Shown: in pieces, positions 28,254-38,669 of the stretch | Layout of the letters: every line of letters begins with the position of its first letter | Numbering within the stretch: position 1 is the first letter of the stretch | Origin: an uncultured Flavobacteriaceae bacterium | GTDB taxonomy: Bacteria > Bacteroidota > Bacteroidia > Flavobacteriales > Flavobacteriaceae | Direction: 5' to 3' | Length of the DNA stretch: 64,000 nucleotides | NCBI GenBank assembly: GCA_943789455.1 | Contig: CALSUE010000008.1 | Location: 11,907 to 75,906 of the forward strand | Notes under the pieces: generated by a model | The model's input: only the letters and a program-made list of their open reading frames with translations | Told to the model about the DNA's origin: nothing | Database searches by the model: none | Made by a program: the position numbers and the translations under genes

Positions 28254-29273
28254 ATGTTAGACAAGGTTAAAGAACTTATTGAAGAAGTTCATTTATTTAA
28301 TACAACTTCAAAAACAGACATAGAGGCTTTTAGAATTAAATATCTAGGAAGTAAAGGGCTGTTAAAAGGGTTGTTTTCTGAATTTAAAAATGTTGATGCT
28401 GAATTGCGGAAAGAATTTGGACAAGCTTTAAATAATCTTAAAAAAGCTGCGGAAGATAAAGTTGTTTTTTTAAATAACACCCTGGAAGATTCTAATGGTG
28501 TAAAAAGTTTTTATGGAGACTTAACTAGGCCTTCTGAGCCAATACAATTAGGCTCAAGGCACCCAATCTCTTTGGTAAAAAACCAAATCATTGAGGTTTT
28601 TAATAGAATCGGTTTCACAGCTTCAGAGGGTCCAGAGATAGAGGACGATTGGCATAACTTTACAGCACTTAACCTTCCTGAATATCATCCCGCAAGAGAT
28701 ATGCAGGATACTTTTTTTATTGACAAAAACCCTGACACTTTATTAAGAACACACACATCATCTGTTCAGGTTCGTTATATGGAAAATAACAAACCTCCAA
28801 TAAGAACAATTTCTCCCGGAAGAGTGTTTAGAAATGAAGACATTTCTGCAAGAGCACATTGTATATTCCATCAAGTAGAGGGCTTATATATAGATACAGA
28901 TGTTTCTTTTGCTGATTTAAAGCAGACATTATTATACTTTACTAAAGAAATGTTTGGAAAATCTAAAATTCGTTTACGTCCATCTTATTTTCCATTTACA
29001 GAACCTAGCGCAGAAGTTGACATTTACTGGGGGCTAGAAACTGAAACAGATTATAAAATTACAAAAGGTACTGGTTGGTTAGAAATTATGGGTTGTGGAA
29101 TGGTAGACCCTAATGTGCTTAAAAATTGTAATATAGATCCATCTATTTACAGTGGATATGCTTTTGGAATGGGGATAGAAAGAATTGCTATGTTACTATA
29201 TCAGATTCCAGATATTAGAATGTTTTATGAAAATGATGTTCGTTTTCTTGAGCAATTTAAATCTGTACTTTAA
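28254..29273 (+). CDS. pheS: Phenylalanyl-tRNA synthetase alpha subunit
   Basis: [35 protein letters not shown]. Confidence 0.99.
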   Translation: MLDKVKELIEEVHLFNTTSKTDIEAFRIKYLGSKGLLKGLFSEFKNVDAELRKEFGQALNNLKKAAEDKVVFLNNTLEDSNGVKSFYGDLTRPSEPIQLGSRHPISLVKNQIIEVFNRIGFTASEGPEIEDDWHNFTALNLPEYHPARDMQDTFFIDKNPDTLLRTHTSSVQVRYMENNKPPIRTISPGRVFRNEDISARAHCIFHQVEGLYIDTDVSFADLKQTLLYFTKEMFGKSKIRLRPSYFPFTEPSAEVDIYWGLETETDYKITKGTGWLEIMGCGMVDPNVLKNCNIDPSIYSGYAFGMGIERIAMLLYQIPDIRMFYENDVRFLEQFKSVL

Positions 29274-29327
29274 TTCATTTTTTGTCATACAATTCATAAA
29301 GTCAGCTCGATAACCCCAATTAATTCT

Positions 29328-29729
29328 ATGAAAAAAGACATTATAATTCCTGAAATTTCTGGTGTTGAGATGGCGATTGTGTATGAACACAACAGTGTTT
29401 ATAATACAAACGATTGGCATGTTTATCTTGTAAATAATAACGTTACTCGTCTAGAAATGGTGGTAATCGTTTCTAAAGGGTTTGGTGATAAAAAAATAAG
29501 CTCAGTCATGCGTAAAAAAATTGATGTTTTAGACGCACATTCATTTGCTAAAGTTGAGTGGATACAGCCTGATTTATTTAAGCTTACGAATCAATTTCAA
29601 GTAACTTTTTTTGTTAAAGATTGTTTATATGACAAAACGTTTACTTTCAAAGAAAATACAATAAAAGAAGGGGCTTTAAGAATGATTCCTGAACTTAAAA
29701 AGAGAGGAATCTTCGCTAAACAAGAGTAA
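29328..29729 (+). CDS. Conserved hypothetical protein (beta-rich)
   Basis: 133-aa ORF with ATG start and plausible composition; no recognised motif. Confidence 0.7.
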   Translation: MKKDIIIPEISGVEMAIVYEHNSVYNTNDWHVYLVNNNVTRLEMVVIVSKGFGDKKISSVMRKKIDVLDAHSFAKVEWIQPDLFKLTNQFQVTFFVKDCLYDKTFTFKENTIKEGALRMIPELKKRGIFAKQE

Positions 29730-29841
29730 AACTTACCTTCTTGGTTAATAATTGACAAAAAAATAATATATTTAGTTGAACCTTATTTAATTGTTCTCCT
29801 CCTCGGAAGGTGCTTTTAAACTATCTCAATTGGAAGACATT

Positions 29842-31488
29842 ATGAACCGTTTTTCTTTTTTTAACAGAGAGAATACCATAAATGAATTAAAATCAAGTGA
29901 GTTTGATTTGTTGGTTGTTGGAGGTGGTATCACGGGTGCGGGTATTGCTTTAGATGCTGCCTCTAGAGGAATGAAAGTGGCACTTGTAGAAAAAAACGAT
30001 TTTGCTTCTGGAACTAGTAGTAAGTCTACAAAATTAATTCACGGAGGATTAAGATACTTAAAACAATTTGATTTTTGGTTGGTTAAAGAAGTGGGTATGG
30101 AGCGTGCAATTGTGCATAAATTAGCACCACACCTTGTTGTCCCTGAAAAAATGATATTACCTCTTGTTGATGGAGGAACTTACGGCTCTTGGTTAACATC
30201 TGTTGGCTTAAAAGTATACGATGTTTTAGCTGCTGTTGAGGGCGAAGACAAGCGTAAAATGCTAGATCAAAAAGAAGCTTTAATAAAAGAGCCTCTTCTT
30301 CCTAAAGACATTTTAAAAGGTGCAGGTTACTATGCAGAATATCGAACAGATGATGCCCGTCTTACGTTAGAGCTTATTAAAACAGCTTTAAATTATGATG
30401 CAAAACCTATTAACTATTCAGAAGTTTTAGAATTCATATACGAAGAGAAAAGAATTGTTGGCGCAACAATAAAAGATGTCTTGGCCAATACAATTTTTAA
30501 TATTAAATCAAAATATGTTATTAATGCTACCGGCCCATGGGTAGACAGTTTGCGTTTAAAAAATCAAATAAACACCAACAAAAAACTACGATTGTCTAAA
30601 GGGGTTCACCTAGTGGTCAATTTCGATAAACTACCCGTAAAGCAATCGGTATATTTTGATATTCCTGATGGGCGAATGATGTTTGCAATACCTAGAGGTA
30701 AAAGCACATACTTTGGAACAACAGATACAAATTATCAGGGTAATAAAGATGAAGTTAAAACAGATTTGGTAGACGCCATGTATCTTATCGCTGCAGTGAA
30801 TAATATGTTTCCTGATGTATCGATCTCTATTGATGATATAAAATCTTCTTGGGCAGGTCTTCGGCCTCTAATTCATGAAGAGGGTAAACCCGCTTCTGAA
30901 TTGTCAAGAAAGGATGAAATCTTTGTAGCTAAGTCTGAATTAATTTCTATTGCTGGTGGTAAGCTAACGGGGTATCGTAAAATGGCAGAACGAATAGTTG
31001 ACTTAGTTGCCAAAAAACACCTTAGACGATTCTCTAGGGAGTTTAAAAAAACACAAACAGAACACATCGTGCTTTCTGGTGGTAAATTTGAAAATTTTGA
31101 TGATGTAAAACGTTATATTAACCTAATTAATAAGAGAATTTTTAAGGATAATTTTAGTGAAAAAGACGCCCAGTATCTTGTCTATAACTATGGAAAGCAA
31201 ACTGATGTCATTCTCAAAAAATACAATGAATTAAAGAAAGGAACACCACAAGAAAAAATGATAAAAGCAGAAGTTTGGTACACAATTCATTATGAAATGA
31301 CCTGTTCTCTTACAGACTTTTTTATACGAAGAACCGGAAGAGCATACTTTAATATAGAAAGTGTTTATAAGAACCTAACTCTTGTTTTAGATGAATTTGC
31401 TAAACATCTTTCTTGGAAAAAAGAGATCCTTAATAAAAAGAAAGAAGAGCTAAACAAGGCACTGGAATTCATTACTTCTTTTAATTAA
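29842..31488 (+). CDS. glpD: FAD-dependent glycerol-3-phosphate dehydrogenase/oxidase
   Basis: GGGITG, SGTSSKSTKLIHGGLRYL, WAGLRPL, GGKLTGYR. ATG 29842 preferred over TTG 29791. Confidence 0.92.
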   Translation: MNRFSFFNRENTINELKSSEFDLLVVGGGITGAGIALDAASRGMKVALVEKNDFASGTSSKSTKLIHGGLRYLKQFDFWLVKEVGMERAIVHKLAPHLVVPEKMILPLVDGGTYGSWLTSVGLKVYDVLAAVEGEDKRKMLDQKEALIKEPLLPKDILKGAGYYAEYRTDDARLTLELIKTALNYDAKPINYSEVLEFIYEEKRIVGATIKDVLANTIFNIKSKYVINATGPWVDSLRLKNQINTNKKLRLSKGVHLVVNFDKLPVKQSVYFDIPDGRMMFAIPRGKSTYFGTTDTNYQGNKDEVKTDLVDAMYLIAAVNNMFPDVSISIDDIKSSWAGLRPLIHEEGKPASELSRKDEIFVAKSELISIAGGKLTGYRKMAERIVDLVAKKHLRRFSREFKKTQTEHIVLSGGKFENFDDVKRYINLINKRIFKDNFSEKDAQYLVYNYGKQTDVILKKYNELKKGTPQEKMIKAEVWYTIHYEMTCSLTDFFIRRTGRAYFNIESVYKNLTLVLDEFAKHLSWKKEILNKKKEELNKALEFITSFN

Positions 31489-31489
31489 T

Positions 31490-32767
31490 TTACTCGCTTT
31501 CTTCATGTTCTTCTAAATCTTTAGTAAGATCGAGGTTTCTTAGAGTTGGGTTTAAAATCCCGGTTGTTACTACTGTTAGTAATGTCATGCTTCCGCCAAA
31601 AACAACAGCGGTAACTGTTCCCATTAATTTTGCTGTTAGCCCACTTTCAAAAGCTCCAAGCTCGTTAGATGATCCAACAAACATTGAGTTCACAGAAGAA
31701 ACTCTTCCTCGCATTTCATCTGGGGTTTTAAGTTGAAGAATCGTTTGTCTTATCACCATAGAAACACCATCTGTTACACCGCTAAAAAACAAGGCAACAA
31801 CGGAGATCCAAAATACAGAAGAAACTCCAAAAACAATGATGCAAACACCAAAACCAAAAATTGCAACTAATAGTTTTTTGCCTGCAGCTTTACTAATTGG
31901 AATATAAGCTGTTACTAACATGGTTAAAAATGAGCCAACAGATGGTGCTGCTACTAAGATTCCAAATCCTTGTGGCCCTACTTTCAAAATATCTTCAGCA
32001 AAAACAGCTAATAAGGCTATTGCTCCTCCAAATAAAACAGAAAACATGTCTAAAGTTAACGCACCTAAGATTGCTTTTGTCTTAAATACAAAATGAACAC
32101 CTTCTTTTAAACTTTGAAAAATTGGTTCTCCAATCTTTGGATTCAAGACGGGTTTTCTTTTTATTTTAAACAATACAAAAAAAGAAAAAGTAACTAAGAA
32201 AAAAATAATGCTGAGAGACCAATGAACACCAATCCAATTAATGGAAAAACCGGCAAAAGAGACTCCTAAAACACGTGCCATCTGCCACAAAGAACTGTTC
32301 CATGTTGCTGCGTTTGGATATATTTTTTTAGGAACTATTAAGGCTACTAGAGAAAAAATAATGGGGCCAAAAAAAGCGCGCAAAAAACCACCAAAAAAAA
32401 CAAATGCATATATAATGTATAAAATTATCTCTGTAGAAAGCGTGTTGCTTATTGCGTCTGATGTAATCCAAAAAAGGCCAAAACTTATTAAAGAAAAAGC
32501 AGCAATACATAATGCCAATAAATTCCTTTTTTCTTTTTGATCTACAATATGACCTGCAAATAAGGCAGTTGATAAAGCGGGAATTATTTCCATTAAGCCA
32601 ATAAGCCCAAGATATATAGGATCTCCTGTGAGTTCATAAACCTTCCACTCAATTACTATAAACTGCATAGACCATCCGAAAACTAAAGCAAAACGAACTA
32701 ATAAAAAAACTGTAAACTCTTTTATTCTTAAAGCGGCATAGGGATCGTTTTTTCTTTTTTGGACCAT
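31490..32767 (-). CDS. MFS efflux transporter (EntS/MFS_3-like)
   Basis: 12 TMs, GHIVDQKEKR loop, RGRVSSVN. Confidence 0.88.
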   Translation of the reverse strand: MVQKRKNDPYAALRIKEFTVFLLVRFALVFGWSMQFIVIEWKVYELTGDPIYLGLIGLMEIIPALSTALFAGHIVDQKEKRNLLALCIAAFSLISFGLFWITSDAISNTLSTEIILYIIYAFVFFGGFLRAFFGPIIFSLVALIVPKKIYPNAATWNSSLWQMARVLGVSFAGFSINWIGVHWSLSIIFFLVTFSFFVLFKIKRKPVLNPKIGEPIFQSLKEGVHFVFKTKAILGALTLDMFSVLFGGAIALLAVFAEDILKVGPQGFGILVAAPSVGSFLTMLVTAYIPISKAAGKKLLVAIFGFGVCIIVFGVSSVFWISVVALFFSGVTDGVSMVIRQTILQLKTPDEMRGRVSSVNSMFVGSSNELGAFESGLTAKLMGTVTAVVFGGSMTLLTVVTTGILNPTLRNLDLTKDLEEHEESE

Positions 32768-32795
32768 ATAAAGTGAATTCGATATAAATGTAAAT

Positions 32796-32825
32796 AAAAA
32801 TGAGGCTACTATGTAGCCTCATTTT
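32796..32825 (-). terminator. S8 protease terminator
   Basis: AAAAATGAGGCTAC-TAT-GTAGCCTCATTTT. Confidence 0.9.
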
Positions 32826-32858
32826 AACGTTTATAAAAACATTTGTCTTTTAAAAGAG

Positions 32859-35800
32859 TTACTTCGAAAAAATAATTCTCTTCGTTGTACTTTTGTTTCC
32901 TTGTGACACATTTAATACATATATACCGCTGGCTAGTTTTCCTGTAGCTATTGGTTCATCGAATAACGATTGATTACTTGTGTGATTAGAGCGATAAACT
33001 CTTCTACCTTGTAAATCAAATAATTCTATTTTTACGTTATCGTTTGATGTTGTCTCAAAACGAACATTGATTATACCATTCGAAGGGTTTGGATATATAG
33101 ACACATTAGATAAAGAGTAAGAATTTGTACTTAATGTGGTTGCTTCTATACTAACCTCTTGATTTGGTAACCAACCATTTAATGAGTTGGTGATATCTAC
33201 CTTAAATGAATCAGAAAATAATATGGTTTGCGTGTTTGAATATGCAATAACCCCTGCATCTACATCAGCTTGCGTAAAAGTTCCACCAATAGATAAATCT
33301 GTGCCATTTTTAGTAATTACACCCATAGTTGGCACCATAACAATAGTATAAACTTGCTGAGAAGCCGTCTCTGAGGCTGTGGTTGCTGACATGTCAGAGG
33401 TTGTAAACACAGTGCTTTGGTTTGCGCTAACTGATACGGGATTAGATGAAAACTCTGGAAGAGATGAATTTGCTTCAGCTATACAAACCGTTATGGTTGC
33501 TCCATCTAAACTTCCTGTTGTAAATGTTCCTCCATTCTGGAAAGTTTCATCATTTGCAATTAACAACCAAGTACCTAAGGCACTTTTTCCTGCAGAATTA
33601 GCTAAACTTTGTGCGGGTTTTATGTTTCCTGAAATTGCAGGGTCTGCTGTTCCGCACACCAAATCTTCACCGTTGTCATCAAATACAGCACCTGTAACAT
33701 TGGCAACTTGATCGCATACGTTTTCTAAAAGAACCGTTGTGTTAGCCCCTAAAGCTTCTGGTTCTTGAATTAGCACTTCTAGCTCTCCAATAGCAACGTG
33801 AGAAATATCTACATTAACTTTTAATCTACTTATTGTTAGATTATCTGTAATTTCTATTGGTAATGAAGCTGAAACAGAACCCCCACCACCTAAACGATCG
33901 TTATCAAAGTCTGTTGCAGTATATGTATTTGTACAATCTTCTGACCCAGCTGTTTGAAAACTATAAATTACAGGTGAAACAGCTAAACCACATTGATTTG
34001 TTGGGTTTACTCTCCAGTAGTAAATACTATTTTCAACAAGACCTGTAGCTGTAAATTTTATATCAGTTTGAGTCGATGTTGCTATAATGTTAGTAAATGA
34101 TGGATTATCAGACAATTCTATGGTATACGATTCTGCATTTATGTTTTCATTCCAAGCTAACTCAATCTCAGGGAATAAAACACCTGCTTCCTCGTTCGAG
34201 GGTGATGATAAACTCATTGGGTTATCTATAAAGTCTGGATGCACCACCCTTAACTCTACTTTTTTAGATTGTGTTTCATCACCGTTACTTGCTGTTACGC
34301 TTAATTCATACGAACCAGCGGCAACACTTTCTAAATTTGATACAGTCATAACAACGTCACCATTTTGACTTATTGAGGATGGTGAAAAAGTTGCTGTTGC
34401 TCCTGCAGGTAAATTATCAGCTGTTATCGTTGTTGTTGTAGCAATTTGTTGCGTATAATTAAAATTAAATTCTGCATCCGTTGTTGAACATTGAATAACT
34501 TCAGGATTAACACTAGATAAATTAATATCAGAAAGTGATCCTGTTACTATAAGTGAGTAGTTTTGAGAATCATTCACTAATGCTCCTTTGTGAGAAACTG
34601 TAATTATATACTCACCCGAAGCATCAGCAATCTCTATTTTTTCAAATGGATCAACTAAATTATCTCCTTGTTCATTCGTGTTTACAGAGGTTAATCTCCA
34701 AGGTAAATATTCTGTTGTTTCACCATCTATAACTTGTGAAACTCGAATATCTAAATCATTAACTAAAGCAGGAGTTGCATCATTTACGGTATTATTTTGT
34801 TCTCCAGCAACATCTGTCCATGAAATTGAAGCCACTAATGGATTTTCTCCGTCTGACTTAATATTCATGGTAAAGGTGTCTTCATTGTCTAAAGTTTTTT
34901 CTTTTATAACACTCTGAAAACCAACTTTATCAATGGTCTCTACAGCAGACTTTACATTTAATAAACCCCAACCTGTAGTAGCATCTGGTCCAATAAGTGT
35001 TTGAGATGAAGCGTTCGAGTTATCAGGTGTAATATCATCAGCCGTGTGAAGCGCTAGGCCTTTTAGTGTAGCACCTAACATAAAAGAACCATTTACATTG
35101 CTGTAGTGTTGTTGAACCAACAATAATGAACCCATTACATTTGGTCCAGACATAGAAGTTCCTGAATAATTTCCGTAGCCATTACTACTACCCACTGAAG
35201 AGATAACGCCCGATCCGTTTCCGGTAATATCTGGCTTCACTCTTAAATCATCTGTTGGGCCTTCAGAACTCCCATTATTTCTATTCATAGAAATTAAGTT
35301 TCCGTCAGCATCGATTACAGCATCTTGACCATTAGCAACAGATAAATTATTTTTAGCCGTATTCATTCCAGTTAACTTGTCAAACTGTGAATTTCCTTCT
35401 AGAGGATCTGTGTTTGATGAATTATTTCCACCATCATTTCCGGCTGAAACCACCTGAAGATAATAGGGTGCATTGTACATGATGGCATCAAACTCTTTTG
35501 CATCAAAACCGTATATACCCGCACCATTTTGAACGTTACTTAGAGGATACCCATAAGAGTGGTTAGAAAGCAACATTCCGTCTGAAGCTGCTGCTGCACC
35601 TTCAGGAATATCTTGACTCCAACGATAAGACACCCCTTTTGCTTGTGGCGCCATTCCTTTTGCTTCAGGATTAACACCTGAGGCTAAAATAGTACCTGTA
35701 ACATGAGTTCCGTGGTCACTGAATTGATTTTCATCATCCCCTATAATAACTCTATCATCACCTCCAGGCCCGTCAAACTCTTGGTGTTCGGTGTATACCC

Positions 35801-36218
35801 AGCCACCATCCCAAACATAAGCTGTCATGTTTTGACCTTCTAGTTCTAAACCTAAACTACCTCCAATATTAAGGTGGTTAACTCTAGTTGAAATTGCTGC
35901 GTTTTGATTAAAAGTTTTGTAATAGATAGGCCTGTTATCTTCAGAAACCTTCATTAATTCATATAAAGATCCATTTTCAATATATGTTATCGCCCAACCC
36001 TTAAGAGACGCCATCTCTAAAGCTTTCTCTTTTGCCTCTACTTGAATTAACCTTGAAGATTCTTCAATGTTTTTTAATTCTTGTGTGTTGTTTGCTTTTT
36101 TAATTTCTACTATTTGTTCTTCTGTTTGAGAAAAAACAAAGTTAGCTGATAACAATAAGGAAAAAACTGCTAATTTTTTTAAGTAATTTTTTTTCATTTC
36201 TTTTAAGTTTTTTATCAA
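32859..36218 (-). CDS. Secreted subtilisin-like S8 protease with Ig/FN3, P-domain, cadherin-like repeat and T9SS type A CTD
   Basis: Triad VWDGG / HGTHVTG / GTSM; FTQADVDAG cadherin-like motif; IYPNPS...GIYVLNVSQG CTD. Confidence 0.93.
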   Translation of the reverse strand: MIKNLKEMKKNYLKKLAVFSLLLSANFVFSQTEEQIVEIKKANNTQELKNIEESSRLIQVEAKEKALEMASLKGWAITYIENGSLYELMKVSEDNRPIYYKTFNQNAAISTRVNHLNIGGSLGLELEGQNMTAYVWDGGWVYTEHQEFDGPGGDDRVIIGDDENQFSDHGTHVTGTILASGVNPEAKGMAPQAKGVSYRWSQDIPEGAAAASDGMLLSNHSYGYPLSNVQNGAGIYGFDAKEFDAIMYNAPYYLQVVSAGNDGGNNSSNTDPLEGNSQFDKLTGMNTAKNNLSVANGQDAVIDADGNLISMNRNNGSSEGPTDDLRVKPDITGNGSGVISSVGSSNGYGNYSGTSMSGPNVMGSLLLVQQHYSNVNGSFMLGATLKGLALHTADDITPDNSNASSQTLIGPDATTGWGLLNVKSAVETIDKVGFQSVIKEKTLDNEDTFTMNIKSDGENPLVASISWTDVAGEQNNTVNDATPALVNDLDIRVSQVIDGETTEYLPWRLTSVNTNEQGDNLVDPFEKIEIADASGEYIITVSHKGALVNDSQNYSLIVTGSLSDINLSSVNPEVIQCSTTDAEFNFNYTQQIATTTTITADNLPAGATATFSPSSISQNGDVVMTVSNLESVAAGSYELSVTASNGDETQSKKVELRVVHPDFIDNPMSLSSPSNEEAGVLFPEIELAWNENINAESYTIELSDNPSFTNIIATSTQTDIKFTATGLVENSIYYWRVNPTNQCGLAVSPVIYSFQTAGSEDCTNTYTATDFDNDRLGGGGSVSASLPIEITDNLTISRLKVNVDISHVAIGELEVLIQEPEALGANTTVLLENVCDQVANVTGAVFDDNGEDLVCGTADPAISGNIKPAQSLANSAGKSALGTWLLIANDETFQNGGTFTTGSLDGATITVCIAEANSSLPEFSSNPVSVSANQSTVFTTSDMSATTASETASQQVYTIVMVPTMGVITKNGTDLSIGGTFTQADVDAGVIAYSNTQTILFSDSFKVDITNSLNGWLPNQEVSIEATTLSTNSYSLSNVSIYPNPSNGIINVRFETTSNDNVKIELFDLQGRRVYRSNHTSNQSLFDEPIATGKLASGIYVLNVSQGNKSTTKRIIFSK

Positions 36219-36338
36219 TTCACTTTTAAATTATTAGTTGCTAAATGCAACTAACTAGGGGTGAGCACATTATCTTTTTTTTTGAGTAGCGAATATAACA
36301 CTTTGATTCCTATTATTTTAATTTTTAACATTTCAGCT

Positions 36339-36995
36339 TTATTTCTTCATATCCATTAGAATAGCAAATGTTTGATTAATATCTTCCTCTTTTACAACAA
36401 TTGTCATTTCATTTGTTGTTGATATTATTTCTTGAAGTGAGATATCTGCCCACGCTAATTGTTTTAAAATAAAATAATAGAAACCTGATTGCTCCAAGTT
36501 ACCTTCTGGTAATTTTATCGTTATAGATGCAAGGTTTTCTACATTGTGAATTAATCTCTCATGAGTAAAAAAATCTTTAATGAAGGGCTTTAGGCGTTGG
36601 CTTATTACAATATTTGTTTCAAAAATACCTGTTGAAACAGTGATAAAAGAATCATTATTATCTGCTGCAACTGTTAAAATTTTAGCAATTTCCTTTAAAA
36701 GTGATTTTGTGTTTTTATACGTATAATCACTAAGATCTGACCGAACAATAAAATCTCCTAAAGAATGTGTAAATTTTCTGATATTCTTTCGTATTCTTAG
36801 TTCGCTTGCAGGTGAAATTCTGTTAATTGCCATCATTACTGCTCCAACTTTGACCTGTTTTTTTAACATTTTATCTACTTCAGGTAGTATAATTCTAGCT
36901 AAAGAAGAAACGTTTATTAACTTTTCATTAAGTGCCTCCTCAATAAAAGGTGTTTTTCGAATAATACTTTCAACCGATTCCTGTATTGTTTTCAT
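36339..36995 (-). CDS. Helical N-domain plus C-terminal ACT-like domain protein, often labelled 'aspartate kinase'; putative regulator
   Basis: LINVSSLAR motif; C-terminal DISLQEIISTTNEMTIVVKEEDINQTFAIL is ACT-like; no amino-acid-kinase domain. ATG at 36995 preferred. Confidence 0.7.
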   Translation of the reverse strand: MKTIQESVESIIRKTPFIEEALNEKLINVSSLARIILPEVDKMLKKQVKVGAVMMAINRISPASELRIRKNIRKFTHSLGDFIVRSDLSDYTYKNTKSLLKEIAKILTVAADNNDSFITVSTGIFETNIVISQRLKPFIKDFFTHERLIHNVENLASITIKLPEGNLEQSGFYYFILKQLAWADISLQEIISTTNEMTIVVKEEDINQTFAILMDMKK

Positions 36996-36998
36996 AAA

Positions 36999-37035
36999 TG
37001 TTGTATTTGCAACAAATTGTTGTATTTGCAACAAA
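36999..37035. repeat. Perfect tandem 18-bp repeat, each unit palindromic (TGTTG-N6-CAACA); candidate operator
   Basis: TGTTGTATTTGCAACAAA at 36999-37016 and 37018-37035. Confidence 0.85.
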
Positions 37036-37039
37036 GGTA
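37032..37039 (-). promoter_or_regulatory. -7 promoter box for the ACT-domain gene
   Basis: TACCTTTG, overlapping the distal repeat unit. Confidence 0.65.
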
Positions 37040-37087
37040 ATAAATTAAAGGTGTAATGTTACTAAGTTTCCGAAGAAGAAAATCGTG

Positions 37088-38083
37088 TTAATCTAAGAGC
37101 TCTGTTAACTTTGTAAAGATTGTTTTAGCGTCTTTACCTTGATAAAGAACAGCGTATACAGCGTCAATTATAGGGGTTGTTGTCCCGTTTTGTTCTTTTA
37201 TTTTGTAGGCGCTTTCTGAAGCATAATAACCCTCTGCCACCATGCTCATTTCAAACATTGCAGACTTCACAGTGTAACCTTTACCAATCATGTTACCAAA
37301 CATTCTATTTCTACTAAAAGTAGAATACCCTGTTACTAATAAATCCCCTAAATAAGCAGAATTATTAATGTTTCGATTCATTTGATGAACTTTACGAATA
37401 AAACGATTCATTTCACGTATGGAGTTGCTCATTAAAACAGACTGAAAGTTATCACCATAACCCAAGCCGTGTGATATACCAGCGGCTATTGCAAAAATAT
37501 TTTTTAACATTGCGGCATATTCTGTGCCTATAATGTCATCTGATATTTTTGTTCTAATGTATCTACTTTTTAAAAAACTTCCTATTTGAGTTGCTTTATC
37601 CTCATCTTGACACGCTATTGTTAAGTATGAAAGTCGTTCCATAGCCACCTCTTCCGCATGGCAAGGACCTGTTATTACTCCAATATTTTTGTATGGAATA
37701 TTGTGTTTTTCGTAAAAATGCTCCCCTACAATCAAACCTGATTCTGGAACGATTCCTTTAATTGCTGAAAAAATTATTTTATGCTCTAAACTCTGTGTTA
37801 ACTTTTCAAGCTCTAAGGTTAAAAAAGCGGAAGGAATTGCAAAAATTAATATATCATAATTAGACACAACCTCATTAATATCGTTTGAGAGATCTAATTG
37901 AGATGGATGAAGTTCAGCAGAACTCAAATAGTTAGGGTTGTGTTTATTTAATTTAATATGTTCTGAGGCGTAGACACTTCGCATATACCAACCTACAGTT
38001 ACTAAGTTTTCAGAAAGCATTTTAACAATGGCTGTTGCCCAGCTACCCCCTCCTAAAACTGCAATTTTTGGTTGATCTTTCAT
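37088..38083 (-). CDS. gpsA: NAD(P)H-dependent glycerol-3-phosphate dehydrogenase
   Basis: GGGSWATA, GPCHAEEV, LKNIFAIAAG, GDLLVT..SRN. Start MKDQPK at 38083, because a -7 box lies at 38105-38112. Confidence 0.96.
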   Translation of the reverse strand: MKDQPKIAVLGGGSWATAIVKMLSENLVTVGWYMRSVYASEHIKLNKHNPNYLSSAELHPSQLDLSNDINEVVSNYDILIFAIPSAFLTLELEKLTQSLEHKIIFSAIKGIVPESGLIVGEHFYEKHNIPYKNIGVITGPCHAEEVAMERLSYLTIACQDEDKATQIGSFLKSRYIRTKISDDIIGTEYAAMLKNIFAIAAGISHGLGYGDNFQSVLMSNSIREMNRFIRKVHQMNRNINNSAYLGDLLVTGYSTFSRNRMFGNMIGKGYTVKSAMFEMSMVAEGYYASESAYKIKEQNGTTTPIIDAVYAVLYQGKDAKTIFTKLTELLD

Positions 38084-38151
38084 TATTATAAACATTTTAA
38101 AACCCAAAAGTAATAATTCTAAAATCTAATATGAAAGCTGTAGTGATTTAT

Positions 38152-38159
38152 TATATTTG
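38152..38159 (+). promoter_or_regulatory. -7 promoter box for dut, divergent from the gpsA box at 38105-38112
   Basis: TATATTTG; the gpsA box is TACTTTTG on the minus strand. Confidence 0.65.
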
Positions 38160-38178
38160 TTTATAACAATATAAAATA

Positions 38179-38610
38179 ATGGAAGTTCACATCATAAATA
38201 AATCTAAACACGAATTGCCTTCATATGAAACCCTTCTTTCTGCAGGGATGGATATTAGAGCAAACATAAGTGAATCTATAATTTTAAACCCTTTAGAAAG
38301 AGCAATTATAAAAACAGGTTTGTTTATGTCGTTGCCTAGGGGTTTAGAGGCTCAAGTAAGACCACGAAGTGGTCTTGCTGCTAAAAAAGGAATTACTGTT
38401 TTGAATAGTCCTGGAACAATAGATGCTGATTATAGAGGTGAGGTTGGTGTTATATTAATAAACTTATCTCAGGATTGTTTTACAGTAAATAATGGTGATC
38501 GCATTGCGCAGTTAGTAATTGCAAGACATGAACAAATTAAATGGACAGAAGTAACTGTATTAGATGAAACTGACCGTGGTGAAGGAGGGTTTGGAAGTAC
38601 TGGTGTTTGA
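38179..38610 (+). CDS. dut: dUTP pyrophosphatase
   Basis: [34 protein letters not shown]. Confidence 0.99.
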   Translation: MEVHIINKSKHELPSYETLLSAGMDIRANISESIILNPLERAIIKTGLFMSLPRGLEAQVRPRSGLAAKKGITVLNSPGTIDADYRGEVGVILINLSQDCFTVNNGDRIAQLVIARHEQIKWTEVTVLDETDRGEGGFGSTGV

Positions 38611-38614
38611 AGAC

Positions 38615-38642
38615 AAAAACCCATTAGTAAACTAACGGGTTT
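38615..38642. terminator. Bidirectional terminator between dut and recA
   Basis: AAACCCATTAG-TAAA-CTAACGGGTTT with one mismatch. Confidence 0.7.
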
Positions 38643-38669
38643 CTGTGAATAAAAAAACACTTTTTATAG

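Noticed and set aside
28254-29273. pheS without pheT
   Set aside because: These genes are commonly unlinked in Bacteroidetes.
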